NCBI GenBank assembly: GCA_951406725.2
Contig: OX597816.1
Location: 105,214,001 to 105,278,000, forward strand
Source: Octopus vulgaris
Taxonomy: Eukaryota
Reading direction: 5' to 3'
DNA: 64,000 bases
The position numbers and the translations under genes were made by a program. The notes beneath the pieces were generated by a model. That model did not search any database, was not told the DNA's origin, and worked only from the letters and a program-made list of their open reading frames with translations. Positions 14,144 through 27,899 of this stretch are shown piece after piece (within the stretch, counting starts at the first letter, position 1; each line of letters begins with the position of its first letter).

Positions 14144-14536
14144 TCTCTATATATATAAAGCTGAAGTTGTCTGTGTATGGCAGGTTTGGTAGCCTTCAAC
14201 TAACACTATCTTCTCCGAGACCCTGCGGCGCAAGTTGACCAAAATTGCGAGTATGATAGAAGAAGGCTTGCTCTTCACTTCCGTAGAAGAAAAAATTCAA
14301 ATCGGACCATGTTAAGACCAAAACTTATTTACATAAAAAGGTGCTTTTTTTTTCTATGAAAATCCCTATTTTTTACGATTTTTGACTGCTGTGTCGCCAT
14401 TTTTCGGTGTATTTCAACCAGAAAAATGTTCACTTAAAGAGAATAACAAGCTACATAATGCAAAATTTTTACTTTTCAAAAATTCCAATTCTAAAGGGTT
14501 GAAACAAACCCAAGCAACGCCGGGCGATACTGCTAC
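14144..14536 (+). mobile_element. Non-autonomous Helitron
   Basis: 5' A|TCTCTATATATATAAAG; 3' hairpin CCCAAGCAACGCCGGG followed by CGATACTGCTAC|T (a CTAG variant). The 3' end is shared with the 39885 and 45411 copies. Confidence 0.85.
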
Positions 14537-14954
14537 TTTTAATGAAAAGCACGATCTCAACCAACAGGTGTCTCGCGCGCACACACACACGCACATTTAT
14601 TTAATAACACTTTGAATCAACTCCACATTACTGAAGTTTTTGCGGGTATGGAACACATTTATGATATCAGATGATGTTGACGTCTTCTACAGCTAAGAAA
14701 CTTCAAGTAATCTGGAGTTCAGTCAAACATGTAACTCGTACCAAATGTGATAAATCCTACTTCCGTTTGTTTACTCACTAGTATATATAAGTGTGTGTGT
14801 GTGTTAGTCTATGTGTGTGCGCTGTGTGATAATTTGTTAAGTCTCTATTTGAAGCCTTTTTATTTGTTTGCGTTCATTTAGACAAAGGTGTGTAATCGAA
14901 AGTCAGAATAGCGGGAAGATAGATCATCAGTTTGAAAGAATACACACGTATACA

Positions 14955-15013
<59 letters not shown>

Positions 15014-15169
15014 ATACATACACACATACATTCATGTACAATACACAAAAATGCACATATACAAATATCTATGCGTTTAAAATGGCTCATTGAAAAAAAA
15101 CGTACACACACTCACACAACGCACATCTCGCTCAAACATTTAAGATTGAATTTAATCTTTGTAACCTAC

Positions 15170-15461
15170 CTTGAGGCTTTGTAAGTAAACTTGTCTGGTT
15201 ATCCAGTTTTGCTTCCATTCTGGTTAAATCAGCTATAAGACGGTGTTCGACGAGTCCTGTGTGGTTTTCTAAGATTGTATCGAGTACATTGAAGTACACA
15301 CGAAGTCGTACTTCTACAGCTTCTGCGATAACATCAACTAGCTGCCCTATACTGACGACGTTGCGTGGTCGACGGTCTAACACCCCTCTCACATACTGGC
15401 TTCCTCCTGTGGACGTTAAGATATATACTGTAAAGGTTACCCACCACAGAAAACGGTACAT
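15170..15461 (-). CDS. Probable first coding exon of a secreted protein (signal peptide plus coiled coil)
   Basis: AAAATG start; MYRFLWWVTFTVYILTSTGG signal-peptide-like N-terminus; RRPR dibasic site; sequons NHT and NQT; amphipathic heptads. The exon ends at CAAG|GTAGGT, a phase-1 donor after 97 codons. The sequence is non-repetitive. Confidence 0.65.
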
Positions 15462-15530
15462 TTTATTGCCGTCGTTCAGATGTCGGTAGCTTTATGTTGT
15501 TCTTATGTGTATCTTACGGTGAGTTAATAG

Positions 15531-15537
15531 CTTTATA
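15531..15537 (-). promoter_or_regulatory. Candidate TATA box
   Basis: TATAAAG on the minus strand ~70 bp upstream of the ATG at 15461; weak evidence in AT-rich DNA. Confidence 0.3.
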
Positions 15538-16871
15538 GTCATACGTTTTTCAGTAAATTAATGGGGAATTAGTGGCTCAAGAAATCTCAGTACCGAAACT
15601 CGTTTATCAATAATGTTATTGATGATGCTTTTGTTTTATAAATCTTTTTTCAAAGTTTTTCAAAATATTTTGTCTTGATTAACGTCGTTCTTATTACATG
15701 ATGCCATAGAGATTTTTTTGAGGCCTAAAATGTAACATACACTTCCTTTTTCCTTTCTCCTCCATTCATTCGAGTAGTTAACGAAGCTAGTCAAACACAC
15801 CTTATGAAAATTAGTTTGCAATATAATTTAGAGATCATCCAGAGACTTTGCACTTAGCCACACAGGTAAATTTTCATACAGGTAAATCTTTGGTTTTTCA
15901 TCAGGTTTTTCCATCCAGTAAAATCTCTTTTTGATATAGTTTTAATTAATCAGTTCATAGCAATTATTAAAACAAAATAGAAATATAATAAATAAGGGCA
16001 ATAGGGACATTAGACGGTAGACCTTTTGTTGTTGTTGTTTCAAATTTTTCCTTTGGAAAAACTGTATTTGTTTAGGTAAAACTGAAAGCTCGTAATTTAA
16101 GAAAGGTAATAATCGCAGAAAGTATCATTTCATTATGATGCTAATTAGATTTCGTCATCTCCCATTCATATAATAATTTGAGGAACGTATCGTTTAAGAA
16201 GTAATTAAATGGAATTCTTTAGCTGGAGAATAATCTTATTTTGTTAAAGCAACAAATTGAAAATCTTTGATAGTCGTTTGAATAAGGATTATTCCAAGGA
16301 CATTGTATTTTGCCAGAACTGCATTACTTGTTACTCTCCTGGTATTTGAATTCAGAATTTTAGCCCGAAATATCAAAAGAGTTCATTCAGAACGAAATTC
16401 TTTGAGCTTTTATGAAAAAGCATTTACTATCATAATTATATATTGTGGCACTACGTCGTTGTAATTGATCTATTTTTGATTTACGTACGTCGCTGATTCT
16501 AATTAAAAAGTCACGTTTTATCACATTCGAAAGTTTCTTTCTATTTTCCCTTCATGAACATAGTTCGCGATGGCAATAAAGTTCCTGTGAGATAAAAATC
16601 AGCAAACATAGACGATGTTAAACCAAGAAAACATTGTTCTTTCCTAGGATAACTGAAGTTGTGCTTCAAGTTTCTGTCAGACAATTATTTGTTTTCAATA
16701 ATGTACCCACCTTGCAACTGTCATTTAATCAACTACCCAATGCCCTGTTAAAAGACCTACCCACCTGGTAAGGGGCTGAGGACTTCCTTTGCAACCAATA
16801 AATATAACGTACATTTCATCAGACTCCTCCTCTTCTTTCCATTCCCCTACTTTCTCCCTCACTATGTACAT

Positions 16872-16910
<39 letters not shown>

Positions 16911-17044
16911 TGTGTGTGTGTCTGTGTGTGTGGTGTATATGTGTGTGTGTACAGAAAGATAGGTAGATAGATTGTTTTCTTTATTGCCTTTGTGCACGTG
17001 TGAGCATGCGTGATTGAATATGTATAGAAAGCTAACATATGGTA

Positions 17045-17052
17045 GGTATATG

Positions 17053-17094
<42 letters not shown>

Positions 17095-17096
17095 CA

Positions 17097-17168
<72 letters not shown>

Positions 17169-17210
17169 GTACATACATATATATATACATCTATATGTAT
17201 ATATATATCA

Positions 17211-17269
<59 letters not shown>

Positions 17270-17324
17270 ACATCATATATTGTGTATAAATGCATACATA
17301 TATACTTATACGTGTCTGTATGTA

Positions 17325-17370
<46 letters not shown>

Positions 17371-17596
17371 GAGAGAGAGAGAGAGACAGAGAGAGATTCA
17401 GTGGAATTAGGTACTTGAGTTGGAGCACCAAGTCAGTCCAGTATTATCCGCACAGCTGGCACTGATACGCACACTCAAATACTCACACACAGATAAATAG
17501 GTACGTTTATATGTGTGTATACTAATACGTAGATATATGTGTGTGCATATATCCATATATAAACTTTATGTATATGTATATATATATATAAATATA

Positions 17597-17676
<80 letters not shown>

Positions 17677-17852
17677 AATTATATTAGGAATGTATTGTAA
17701 ATCAGAAACAATCTACAAACGTGACCAATATGCTAAGTTTGAAGTGATATACAAAAAGAAACTTCAAGGATAATTGAATATATACATAAATATACATATA
17801 TATACATATATATATTCATATATATATATATACATATGCATGTGTATGTATG

Positions 17853-17891
<39 letters not shown>

Positions 17892-17892
17892 A
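17045..17892. repeat. Compound TA/TACA/GA/TG microsatellite block
   Basis: Low-complexity runs. Confidence 0.95.
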
Positions 17893-18105
17893 TGAAGAGT
17901 GGGCCAAAATGACGGTGTTTGAAATGTATTGTTTTAAATTTACAATAACCTAGCGTCATATTCAATATATATATAGAAAATAGATCTAATTAAGATGTGT
18001 GTGTGAGTGTATGCATGTGTGTCCGCGTGTGTGTGTGTGTGTGCATACACACACACACAAACTACAAACACATATGTATGTAGATATGCACACAAGCGCG
18101 CGCGC

Positions 18106-18390
18106 GCTGGCGTAGCTGTGTGTTAAGTAGTTTGCTTCACAACTGCATGGTTCCGAGTTCAGTCTCACTGCGTGGTACTTTAAGCAAGCGTCTTCTAATA
18201 TAGTCCCGTGTCGACCAAAGCCTTGTGAGCGTATTTGGTAGACGGAAACTGAAAAGAATTGTGCATGTATATGTCTTTGTGTTACAACTTTTAATATAGC
18301 AATTCGGCAAAAGACACCGATAGAATATGTACCAAGCTTTAAAAAAATAAATAATGGGGTCAGTATACCCGCAATCGAATGACTGTAACA
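18106..18390 (+). mobile_element. tRNA-derived CORE-type SINE, diverged
   Basis: GCGTAGCTGTGTG..GAGTTCAGTCTCACTGCGTGG..GACCAAAGCCTTGTGAG..TTTGGTAGACGGAAACTGAAA. Confidence 0.8.
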
Positions 18391-18892
18391 AAGAAAGGAA
18401 AAGGGAGATAATATATATATATATATATATTTATATATTTTAGAAAAGCATCGCGTTCAAAGGATGAGAATATCGTCTTTATACTGAGCATAAGAATAAT
18501 ATAATGGTAACACTATTCAATTGTTTAAATATGCCTAGTTCAACAACCCCGGAGGTCCACATGGTTAGGAGCATAAGCAAAACAATAGTCAAACTATCCT
18601 GGAATCCCTGAGTCGTAGTAGTCAAATTGACAGAGAGGTCTAATGTGTTTAATGAGTGAATTGAAGAAGTGGACGAAGACTGGTGAGGAAGTGGGATGTA
18701 TGGGGAAGGGAGTAAAGAGAGGTGTACGAATCATACATTGAAGAGTTCAATTTAGCTTAACTCGATTATTAGCTGGTTTATATTAATGTCACCTATTGAG
18801 TCACCTTGAAGATATAAATATTTCTATATATATGTATCCAGGTTCGATAATGATACGAATAAGGAGTTCAACTTAGGTCGTGTATTAGCAGG

Positions 18893-19298
18893 TATATATA
18901 TAAAAATTAACAGAATAGGATAAAAAAAATCCAAGGCGGTGAATAGTCTTCAGAATATATATAAAGAGAAGGTCACACAGACGTTTCCGGGATATTTTAT
19001 ATGTCCCTTCATCAGAGACGGTGTATATATAAGTTTCCTGTATCTTTTGTGTGAGTTCTAATGGTGTTTATAATTGGTCATTCCAAGCATAGAGTCTTTC
19101 TGTTTTCATTCCTCCACTTCACTCTGTATTTCATATCTTCTCTATAATAACTATTACTTAAATATTTTCTCGCATCGTCTCTGATGAAGGGATATATATA
19201 TAAAATATCCCGGAAACAGCTGTAAGACGTTCTCCTTATATATGTTCTGAAAACTATTCACCGCCTCGGATTTTTTAACTCATTCTGTTAATTTATAT
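18893..19298. mobile_element. Penelope-like inverted pLTR pair (divergent ~125-bp arms), each carrying a hammerhead motif
   Basis: 18893-19020 is the reverse complement, with scattered mismatches, of 19176-19298; both ends abut TA runs. Confidence 0.8.
19176..19229 (+). ncRNA. Minimal type-I hammerhead ribozyme
   Basis: CGTCT-CTGATGA-A-GGGATAT(loop)ATATCCC-G-GAAA-CAGCT-GTA-AGACG: 5-bp stem I, intact core, 7-bp stem II, palindromic stem III (ACAGCTGT) and a GUA cleavage triplet. Confidence 0.8.
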
Positions 19299-19952
19299 AT
19301 GTGTGTGCGTGTATGTGTTTGTGTGCATATATATATAAAGAGAGAGACAGAGAGAGGGGGAAACACAGACAGAGACAGACAGACAGACAGGGACGGGTGG
19401 ATAGACATAAATTAAACAGACAGCCAGGAAGACGTACGTACGTGCGTACATACATACATACATACATACATACATACATACATACATACATACATACATA
19501 CATACATACATACATGCATGCATGCATACATACATACATACATACATACATACATACATACATACATACATGCATACATACATACGTACATACATACATA
19601 CATACATACATACATACATACATACATACATACATACATACTTAATGGCCGCTTCTCCGTGCTTAAGTACTGGATGATGATGTTGGAACGTCAAGCGATG
19701 CCTGTGCATCACACTGTGCATCACACTTGCACACAATCAATCCCACTCTCTGATCAACGATGACAGATACCCCAAAAGGAAGAACTAGTCAAGATCATTG
19801 GCTGCCATCGAGTCGCAGGTATTATATCAGAGATTTTCTACTCCTAGAGCGATGTCCTAACAAGATCTAGGGGTCGCCCACTCCAATAATGCGGTACTCC
19901 ATGCCTATATACTCATTCGCATTTACATATACATACATATATTGATTGATTA

Positions 19953-20005
<53 letters not shown>

Positions 20006-20149
20006 CTGACAGACTTATTTATTGATTGATTGATTGGTTCATTCTCATTTATATATACATACATATATTGATTGAATGTTTGGTTGATTCATTCATTCAT
20101 TCATTCATTGACTGATTGACTGATTGATTAATTGAGCACGAAACACAAA

Positions 20150-20790
20150 TAGTCAGTAACTGTCAAAGAATGTTGTTCGTTGTACCACCTTCTACTGTGA
20201 CATGATATTGCAGCTGAAACAATATGCAATGAGTTCTGCAACAAAAAAAACTGCCCTCAGATAAATATAGACAACACCACTGCTATCGAGTGCATGCATA
20301 CATATCAGCACAAGGAATATTAGCGAAACATTCCTATCAAAACTTCTACCACGCGCAAACACAATTGATCTAATAAAATTATTTGGGATAAAAAAGAAAA
20401 GCCTGGTTTAGTCATAGAGATAAGTTACCCTGGAGATGTGAACATTTCTTCCAAAATCATCGAGGAGAATATCTACGGAAAACAGCTTTGAAATCTACAG
20501 CTCAAATACCTGGTTTATAAATTTACATTCGAACAAATAATCATTGATGCACTCGATTATGTTAGTAAATGCTTAAACCGTAATCGGGAGAAGCTAGGAT
20601 TTTCAGGCAAAGAAAGAGACCAGCTAACATGAACTTTACAGACTGTATCTGTATGTGAAGTAGTAAAAATATGCAAGGCTTCCTTGATATGTAACAAATT
20701 ATCGTGATTGTTCCAACTCCAATGAAAATTATTTTGCTTCTTTGTTAGAAACCAGGTCCCTTTCTAGAAAGAATATTATCAAATAAAAAA
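20150..20790 (+). mobile_element. Old R4-like RLE LINE 3' fragment, related to 10148-10978
   Basis: Traces of HDIAAETI, EISYPGDVNISSKI and NLQLKYLVYKFTF; the 3' tail GTTAGAAACC..AAATAAAA matches the other copy. Confidence 0.65.
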
Positions 20791-21486
20791 AAAGAAAAAG
20801 GCACATATATATTATCATATAACTGTGTATATGTGTGTAATACATATTTATATATGTGTGTGTGCGTATGTGTGCTTGTGTGTACGTAAGAATTATCTAC
20901 AAACAGTTATATTTATTATTTCTAAACCAACAGTTTGGCGAAAGGTTAGACGATAACATCAATATCAGTACTTGACTCAAATATTATTTCATCGGCCCCC
21001 GAAAGACAAAGCTGATCCCGATGCGATTTGAATTCAGAATGCAAGGAACTGGAACACATGCCACATGGCATTTTTCCGACATTATCGCTTTAAATCTACT
21101 TTTTTAATCACTAGTAGATTTCTGCTTTACAATACAGTGTGGATATATATGGATCCACCATCACCAAATGGTTAAAAAGTTCGCTTGACATTTGAGGTTC
21201 TGATTCATGAATTCCGAGTGCAACGCATCCAACGGACTTCCGCTCTGTTTCCGTACACCCAGTTTCTCTCTCTTGAGATGTGTCGACTCAAGGCTATGGT
21301 AAAAGACACTGATTGTGATAAAACGGAGTGGGATCGAACCTAGGACTTCATGATTGCAAAGAGAACTTCTTAACCAATCGACTATGTGAGTCCGAAAAGA
21401 ATATACTACCATACTCACACTTTCATGTACAGACTCATGCATTCTATCGCACTCACGAACATCAACGGACACACACACACGCACAC

Positions 21487-21553
<67 letters not shown>

Positions 21554-21584
21554 TGCATACATACATTTATATATATACATACAT

Positions 21585-21975
21585 TCTTTTATTCTTTTAT
21601 TCTTTTAATTGTTTCAGTCATTTGATTGCGGCCATGCTGGAGCACCGCCTTTAGTCGAGCAAATCCACCCCAGGTCTTATTCTTTGTAAGCCTAGTACTT
21701 ATTCTATCGATCTCTTTTGCCGAACCGCTAAGTTACGGAGAAGTTAACAAATCAGCATCGGTTGTCAAGCGATGTTGGGGGCACAAACACAGACACACGC
21801 ACATATATACATATACATATATACGACGGACTTCCTTCAGTTTCCGTCTACCAAATCCACTCACAAGGCTTTCGTTGGCCCGAGGCTATTGTAGAAGACA
21901 CTTGCCCAAGGTGCCACGGTGTGGGACTGAACCCGGAACCATGTGGTTGGTAAGTAAGCTACTTACCACACAGCT
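21585..21975 (-). mobile_element. tRNA-derived CORE-type SINE, near full length
   Basis: Head as at 9688, plus a tail GACTAAAGGCGGTGCTCCAGCATGGCC..TGACTGAAAC..AAAAGAAT on the minus strand. Confidence 0.9.
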
Positions 21976-22610
21976 ATATGTATATACACTCACAAACATC
22001 CTTGTGAACCCACACACACGTTTACCCTCACTCGCTCTCACTTACACACTCATAGGCTCACACACTCGCGCACGCGGTTATGTCAATAACAGTTTCAAAT
22101 ATGTCGACTGTACGACACCTTCTGCTGGATAAACATGAGACAAGTTTAAACGAAATTCTAGTTGTGGAGAAATTAAGCCGATAGTAAGGAGAAATGAATA
22201 AAGACATCCGTACAGGTATACACGTATATAAATACATATCTGTATGCGTGGGGGACACACACCTGCGTACGTACACACACACACACATGGACCGATGGCT
22301 GTGTATGCATGTGTGTTTGCATGAATGTATATTTGAAATCTTCATCCAACACGTTTCAACTACCTCTGCCGCCACCTCAACTTCTGGCTCTCCGCTCTGT
22401 GACTTCCAGTACAATCATGTCCTCCTTACACCCGACTGTCCAACTATCCTTTTATAAACAAAATTCCTGTAAGGAACCAGATACCTTTCAAGATAATAGT
22501 TTGGCGGGTTTGAGTGATCTGCTTGCATGATTCTCATTTTGACAAGCGTTTCCTGAATATTACATGCTTATTTAAAATGGGCGGAAAATGAAAGGTAAGA
22601 GCGGACATCA

Positions 22611-22611
<1 letters not shown>

Positions 22612-22674
<63 letters not shown>

Positions 22675-22871
22675 TGTTTATGAGTGTGTTTGAGTACGTG
22701 TGTGTAAGAGTATATGTTTATGTGAATGTGAAAGTATATATGCTTATCTAAGTATGTAGATTTCTCATCTTTATGTTTGTGTAAATAAACAAACGGGTAT
22801 ATATATAAATATATATACATATATATATATATATATATGCATGTATGCATGTATACATGCATGTATGTATA

Positions 22872-22932
<61 letters not shown>

Positions 22933-23135
22933 TTACATATATGTGTATATATATGGCGAAGATATATATGTATGTATGCAAGTGTATATATAAATATATA
23001 TACATACATACACATATATATATATACATAGGTGTATATATGTATAAAGATATATGTATATACGTATATATGTGTATGAATGTATATATACGCACACACG
23101 CACTCGCACACCGACATACACACACACATGCACAT
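22612..23135. repeat. Compound TG/TA microsatellite block
   Basis: Low-complexity runs. Confidence 0.95.
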
Positions 23136-23461
23136 ATATTGAAAACGTAGTTATCTTTATCTTTATTTCCTGAGGTCTCTACACAAACATGAGAGGGTAA
23201 CTGTTAGGTCAACAAGAACAAGTTTTTATAACAAGACAACCAGTCAAAAAGAGCAAAAGGTGAAGTGGACATGTTGTAGGTTATATTTATGGAAGTATGA
23301 TGACATTAGTACAAGTAGCGGTGACGATGGACTGAGGGTCGAAGTCATTTGTTAACATTAAATATATGTACACATACACACATAGTAACACACATGTACA
23401 TTGTATCTCTACATGCAAATAGACAGACACACAACATACATACATACATACATACATACAT

Positions 23462-23492
<31 letters not shown>

Positions 23493-23567
23493 GTCAGACA
23501 GATAGATAGATAGATTGATTGATTGGCACACAGATACGAACACACATATATGCACACACTTATGTGT

Positions 23568-23614
<47 letters not shown>

Positions 23615-23650
23615 GACGACACAATAAACACGGACAGGACATAAACACAG

Positions 23651-23691
<41 letters not shown>

Positions 23692-23834
23692 CATATATAT
23701 AAATCCTTAAATCCTTAAAAATGTTTTAGATATATATATATATATATATATTAGGGAATATGATTCCAAACTTATAGGGAAAAATTCACAATTTAGTAAT
23801 ACTAAATAAAATTTCACAATATATAATATATGCA

Positions 23835-23957
23835 TATAAATTAGAGAAGAACCACCAGGTAGTAATTCAACAATGATATGACTAAATCATGCCATATATA
23901 GTATGATTTATTTATATCATTGTTGAATTGCTACATTGTTGTCCTTCTCTAATTTAT

Positions 23958-23958
<1 letters not shown>
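23835..23958. repeat. Hairpin/foldback (~58-bp arms, ~8-nt loop) in a TA-rich context
   Basis: TATAAATTAGAGAAG..GTAGTAATTCAACAATGATAT..TAAATCAT is mirrored by ATGATTTA..ATATCATTGTTGAATTGCTAC..CTTCTCTAATTTATA. Confidence 0.9.
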
Positions 23959-24049
<91 letters not shown>

Positions 24050-24234
24050 TAGTGAGTATGTATTGCTGAACAACATACTACACTTTGTATTATACTTTCA
24101 TCATTGTATTTTTGTTGACTGTAGTTTCATTTTTAATAAATTTGAATGTTTAATACACAAAAAAACTTTCGGCTCTCGATGATAAGTAAATGAAATTGTT
24201 ATACCAAACGTTTTTATCTCTCTCCTTGGGTTAA

Positions 24235-24568
24235 AAAAAATGGAATCGATCTGATTAGTTTCTTATCTTAAAACTTCATCAGAGAAAGAATATCTATCTG
24301 CACTGCGCGGGAGATTAGCCGTAACTTATTATCCGCGGTTAAATCTGTGTTTTATTGCTAATTATATTAAAAAAAACAATGTATCTACTTTGTCTGCGAA
24401 TACACTGTTATGCAAATTAGATGAGTGGGTTTTGCTGAGCTCCAGTTTGTTTACATTATAAACAACTATAAGTTAGTTATATATCGTAAATCACAATATG
24501 AGTATTCTTTCTCTGATAAAGATTTAAGGGGATTAGAAGCTATTTAGATTGACTACATTATTTTTTCC
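24235..24568. mobile_element. Old divergent inverted pair with decayed hammerhead-like motifs
   Basis: Minus TATTCTTTCT-CTGATGA-AGTTTTAAGATAA-GAAA-CTAATCAGAT versus plus TATTCTTTCT-CTGATAA-AGATTTAAGGGGATTA-GAAG-CTATTTAGAT. Confidence 0.55.
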
Positions 24569-25696
24569 CATACTTATTTAAGATATTCGCTCCGTAGGGA
24601 TCATAAACTAACGATGACTTTTCTCTGCTGTTCTTGACTCAAGGCTGTCATTTCTGCTCCTCTCCCGTTGGATCGCTGCTTTTTTTCTGCTCTACTTGAG
24701 TATCCCACCTCTCCCAGGAGGGAAGTGTTTCTTCTCCCAGGTCTTGTTGGTTTTGAATTGTCCTCGATGCTTCTGTAACTTACTTTTTCTATGTAGGGGA
24801 AAACGGTGACCTCTATCCTTTGACCTGTCGAGTATTGGCTGCCCTACTAGTAGCTTGAGCTCTACTAGGTATGCAAGCCACCACTCCACAACAAGAAATG
24901 GATTGTTTCTCTCATGGAGATATATAATCTGTTGTGTAAGCAACATTGTTTACTTTTTTATAGTGAGTCTAAAACTGCATGTTTATCAAAAAAGTTATAT
25001 CTGTCATTAGACTTAATTAAATGCTTTTTTTTTTCATTTGTTTAATTTTGTGTTCATTCTATTTGGTTTAATTTCTTTCAATCTCTGCTGTTTCTAACTA
25101 CTTGTTTGTAAGACCTGCAATGGACAGACATTTCTCTCTTTTTATAGTGATAAGGTGTTATAATAAAAATATTTTCTATATCTTATGACAATGTTTTCAA
25201 GTGGAAAATATTTTCATTGTTATATTGCTATATTCACAATAATTTTGATGGCTATGGTTAATACAATACATATCGAAGGAATGGTCTATAAAATGGGGTG
25301 TGATTGTATATTCAAGGTATGTTATAAATACTCTATTACGTTATTTCCATTTATCAGTACACACATCCTATTTCTATCACCTTCAACATCAAAAATCACA
25401 ATTCATTAGTAAAAACTGTGAAAGTGTCACGAAGATAAAATCCTTTACTTTTTGAATATTTGACAAAATGTAAAATTTTTCGAGGATATGTTACGTGATA
25501 AAACATCTGCTTAGGGGTTACAACACAGCATTTACAGAAAACAGAAATTGAGAAATATTTCCCCATGAAGAGTGATGTGTAGCAGTTGATCTACATATCA
25601 AACTAAGGTTTCTGTGCTTCTGGTGGTTTTCGCCATTGCTGATGCTAACAGTCTGTCGCAACTCCTAACACAAATGTTTCTGTTCTTTCTCCATTT

Positions 25697-25787
<91 letters not shown>

Positions 25788-26479
25788 ATGTATGTGTGTG
25801 TGTGTGAAGACGAAATTTGAACTCATAACGCACTGAACCAGAACGGTTAATGTCCGACGCTCTAACAAATTCACCTATCCATTGCTCAGGACTGATACTT
25901 TATTTATTGACCCCGAAAGAAAGAAAGACGAAGTCGACCTCAACAAGATTCCAACTCAGAGCTCGGTGAGCCAAAGCAATTTCCACAAAGCACTCTATCC
26001 AACGCTTTAACTATTCTACCAGCTCACTACACATGTTAAATGTTTCCTTTCGAAATATTGATTTGCTAAAATAGGTCGAGATGGTAAAAGATTTATGAAC
26101 TTCTGCAAAATGTCTATCCTCAGTTGAAGTCGACAAGTGACATCTCTGTATCACCGTATGTTTACTCTCTGATATCACTGATTTTAATACCAATCTTATC
26201 CCATCTCTTTAACTACATCGCATCTTTATCGTAGACATCTCATAAACATTGTCCAACCTTTCTAAACTGGGAAAGCTAGGAAAAGCTGGACAATGCCTCA
26301 CTGACCAGCAGCTACATAAACTATTAATCTTATTGTGATCATTGAACTATCTTAAAGGATTTTGTTACCATTAAAGGTTAAATTTAAATCCGACGACGGC
26401 ATAATACGAAGAGACATTTTCTTATGATTAATAGCCAATCATCTATTTATTGATGCATCTAATTAAACAAAAATGTCAT

Positions 26480-26900
26480 GTGATTGACTCTGTTATGGCC
26501 AGCATACATTTTAGCTCTCAATTGTTGTTAACTCTCTACAAAGCATCTAGAATAAGATATTGCTCCCACACCTAAAACGATACTGCTAATCCCAAATAAC
26601 TGGTTCACCAAACACCCCCCATTCTTTGTCTCCTCACTCTACTTTTTCTATCGTTACAAAAGTGGCTTCTGCTTCTCAGTGCTGATTTGTCTCTCGCGGA
26701 CTCCACGCAGTTGCAACTGATTCACTCTTCTCTCCTTTTTTATTTGTTATGCCTCAATCGGCAACGCTTCAAACAAACCATTATTTCCAAACCTACACAC
26801 TCAGAAATTCAACGCCCTGAAATTCCATACTGACGTATGAGTGTGCTTGAAGCTGTCCATTTGCACTTGTTCAAAAACATCAACGGTATCGATCTCAAAG
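26480..26900 (+). mobile_element. Possible highly decayed CR1/L2-like LINE 3' remnant
   Basis: Only faint ORF2 C-terminal-like traces; many disruptions. Confidence 0.25.
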
Positions 26901-27899
26901 ACTCTAGAGAGCTTGTGAAGGCTAAGGGCACAACCCCTCCAGACTAGACCATTAAAAAGTATATCAGACTTGTGATCTCAGTATATTACAGGAACTATTT
27001 GCGTAACATATATTACATAACATATGCTGCATAACAAGTATTATGTAACGTACCTTAACCTTGATTATATTAGTCCTCCAGATATTACAGAGCGACAAAC
27101 ATACTTGGAATTCGTCGCTACCTGGTATTACAGTGTTTCATCGTATCATCAACCCAACAAAGACACCTTTACTTAGTCACTGGACCTGTCTGAAACAGCA
27201 GTCAAATCCCCCTCAAATCATACCCTATTTTCTTAAAAACGGAAGGATACATTGACCAGTATAGTTCTCGGTATAATCCTTCAACTATAGAAGTATGCTC
27301 AACTAGACTAGACTGGTCTGAGGGTAAGCTGAATCGAAAATATGTCATTCAGGCGACTCAAACAGGGAAACTTTATGTAATTTCTCGAGTTGTTAGTAGT
27401 AGCAACCAAGCTGCCTATCTTAAAAAGAACACATTAGGTGACACAGATATAGATATAGAAGATAGGGTGAACCCTTCTGATTCTGATTATAGGTCTGATG
27501 GAATCGGAGCTGATCAAGGGTTAAATAGCAACAGCTAGTGACAGCAAAATATACTATAGTATGTGTTACACAGCTTTCTGGCCTTATCTTTCTAATGTTA
27601 TCGGTTCGTTTCTTAACTCTTTCCACTATTTTTTTTTCTGTATTTGACACAACTCTTATAATAATTTATAATTTTGGCACAGAACTACATATGTTGGGAG
27701 AGGTCACAGTCGATCGAATCGACCCTGATGTTTCATTGCTGTTCTTTTTATCAGACCTTCCCTCAATAAGAAAAAACGACGGTGGATTTGAGACCATAAG
27801 GTAAGAAAGCAAGGTTTACTGAGTCAAGCATCCATCTCCTTCGCAAAAGTTATGATAGTTATAATATTGATCTGTTGCATAAGCATAATGCATGTTATT

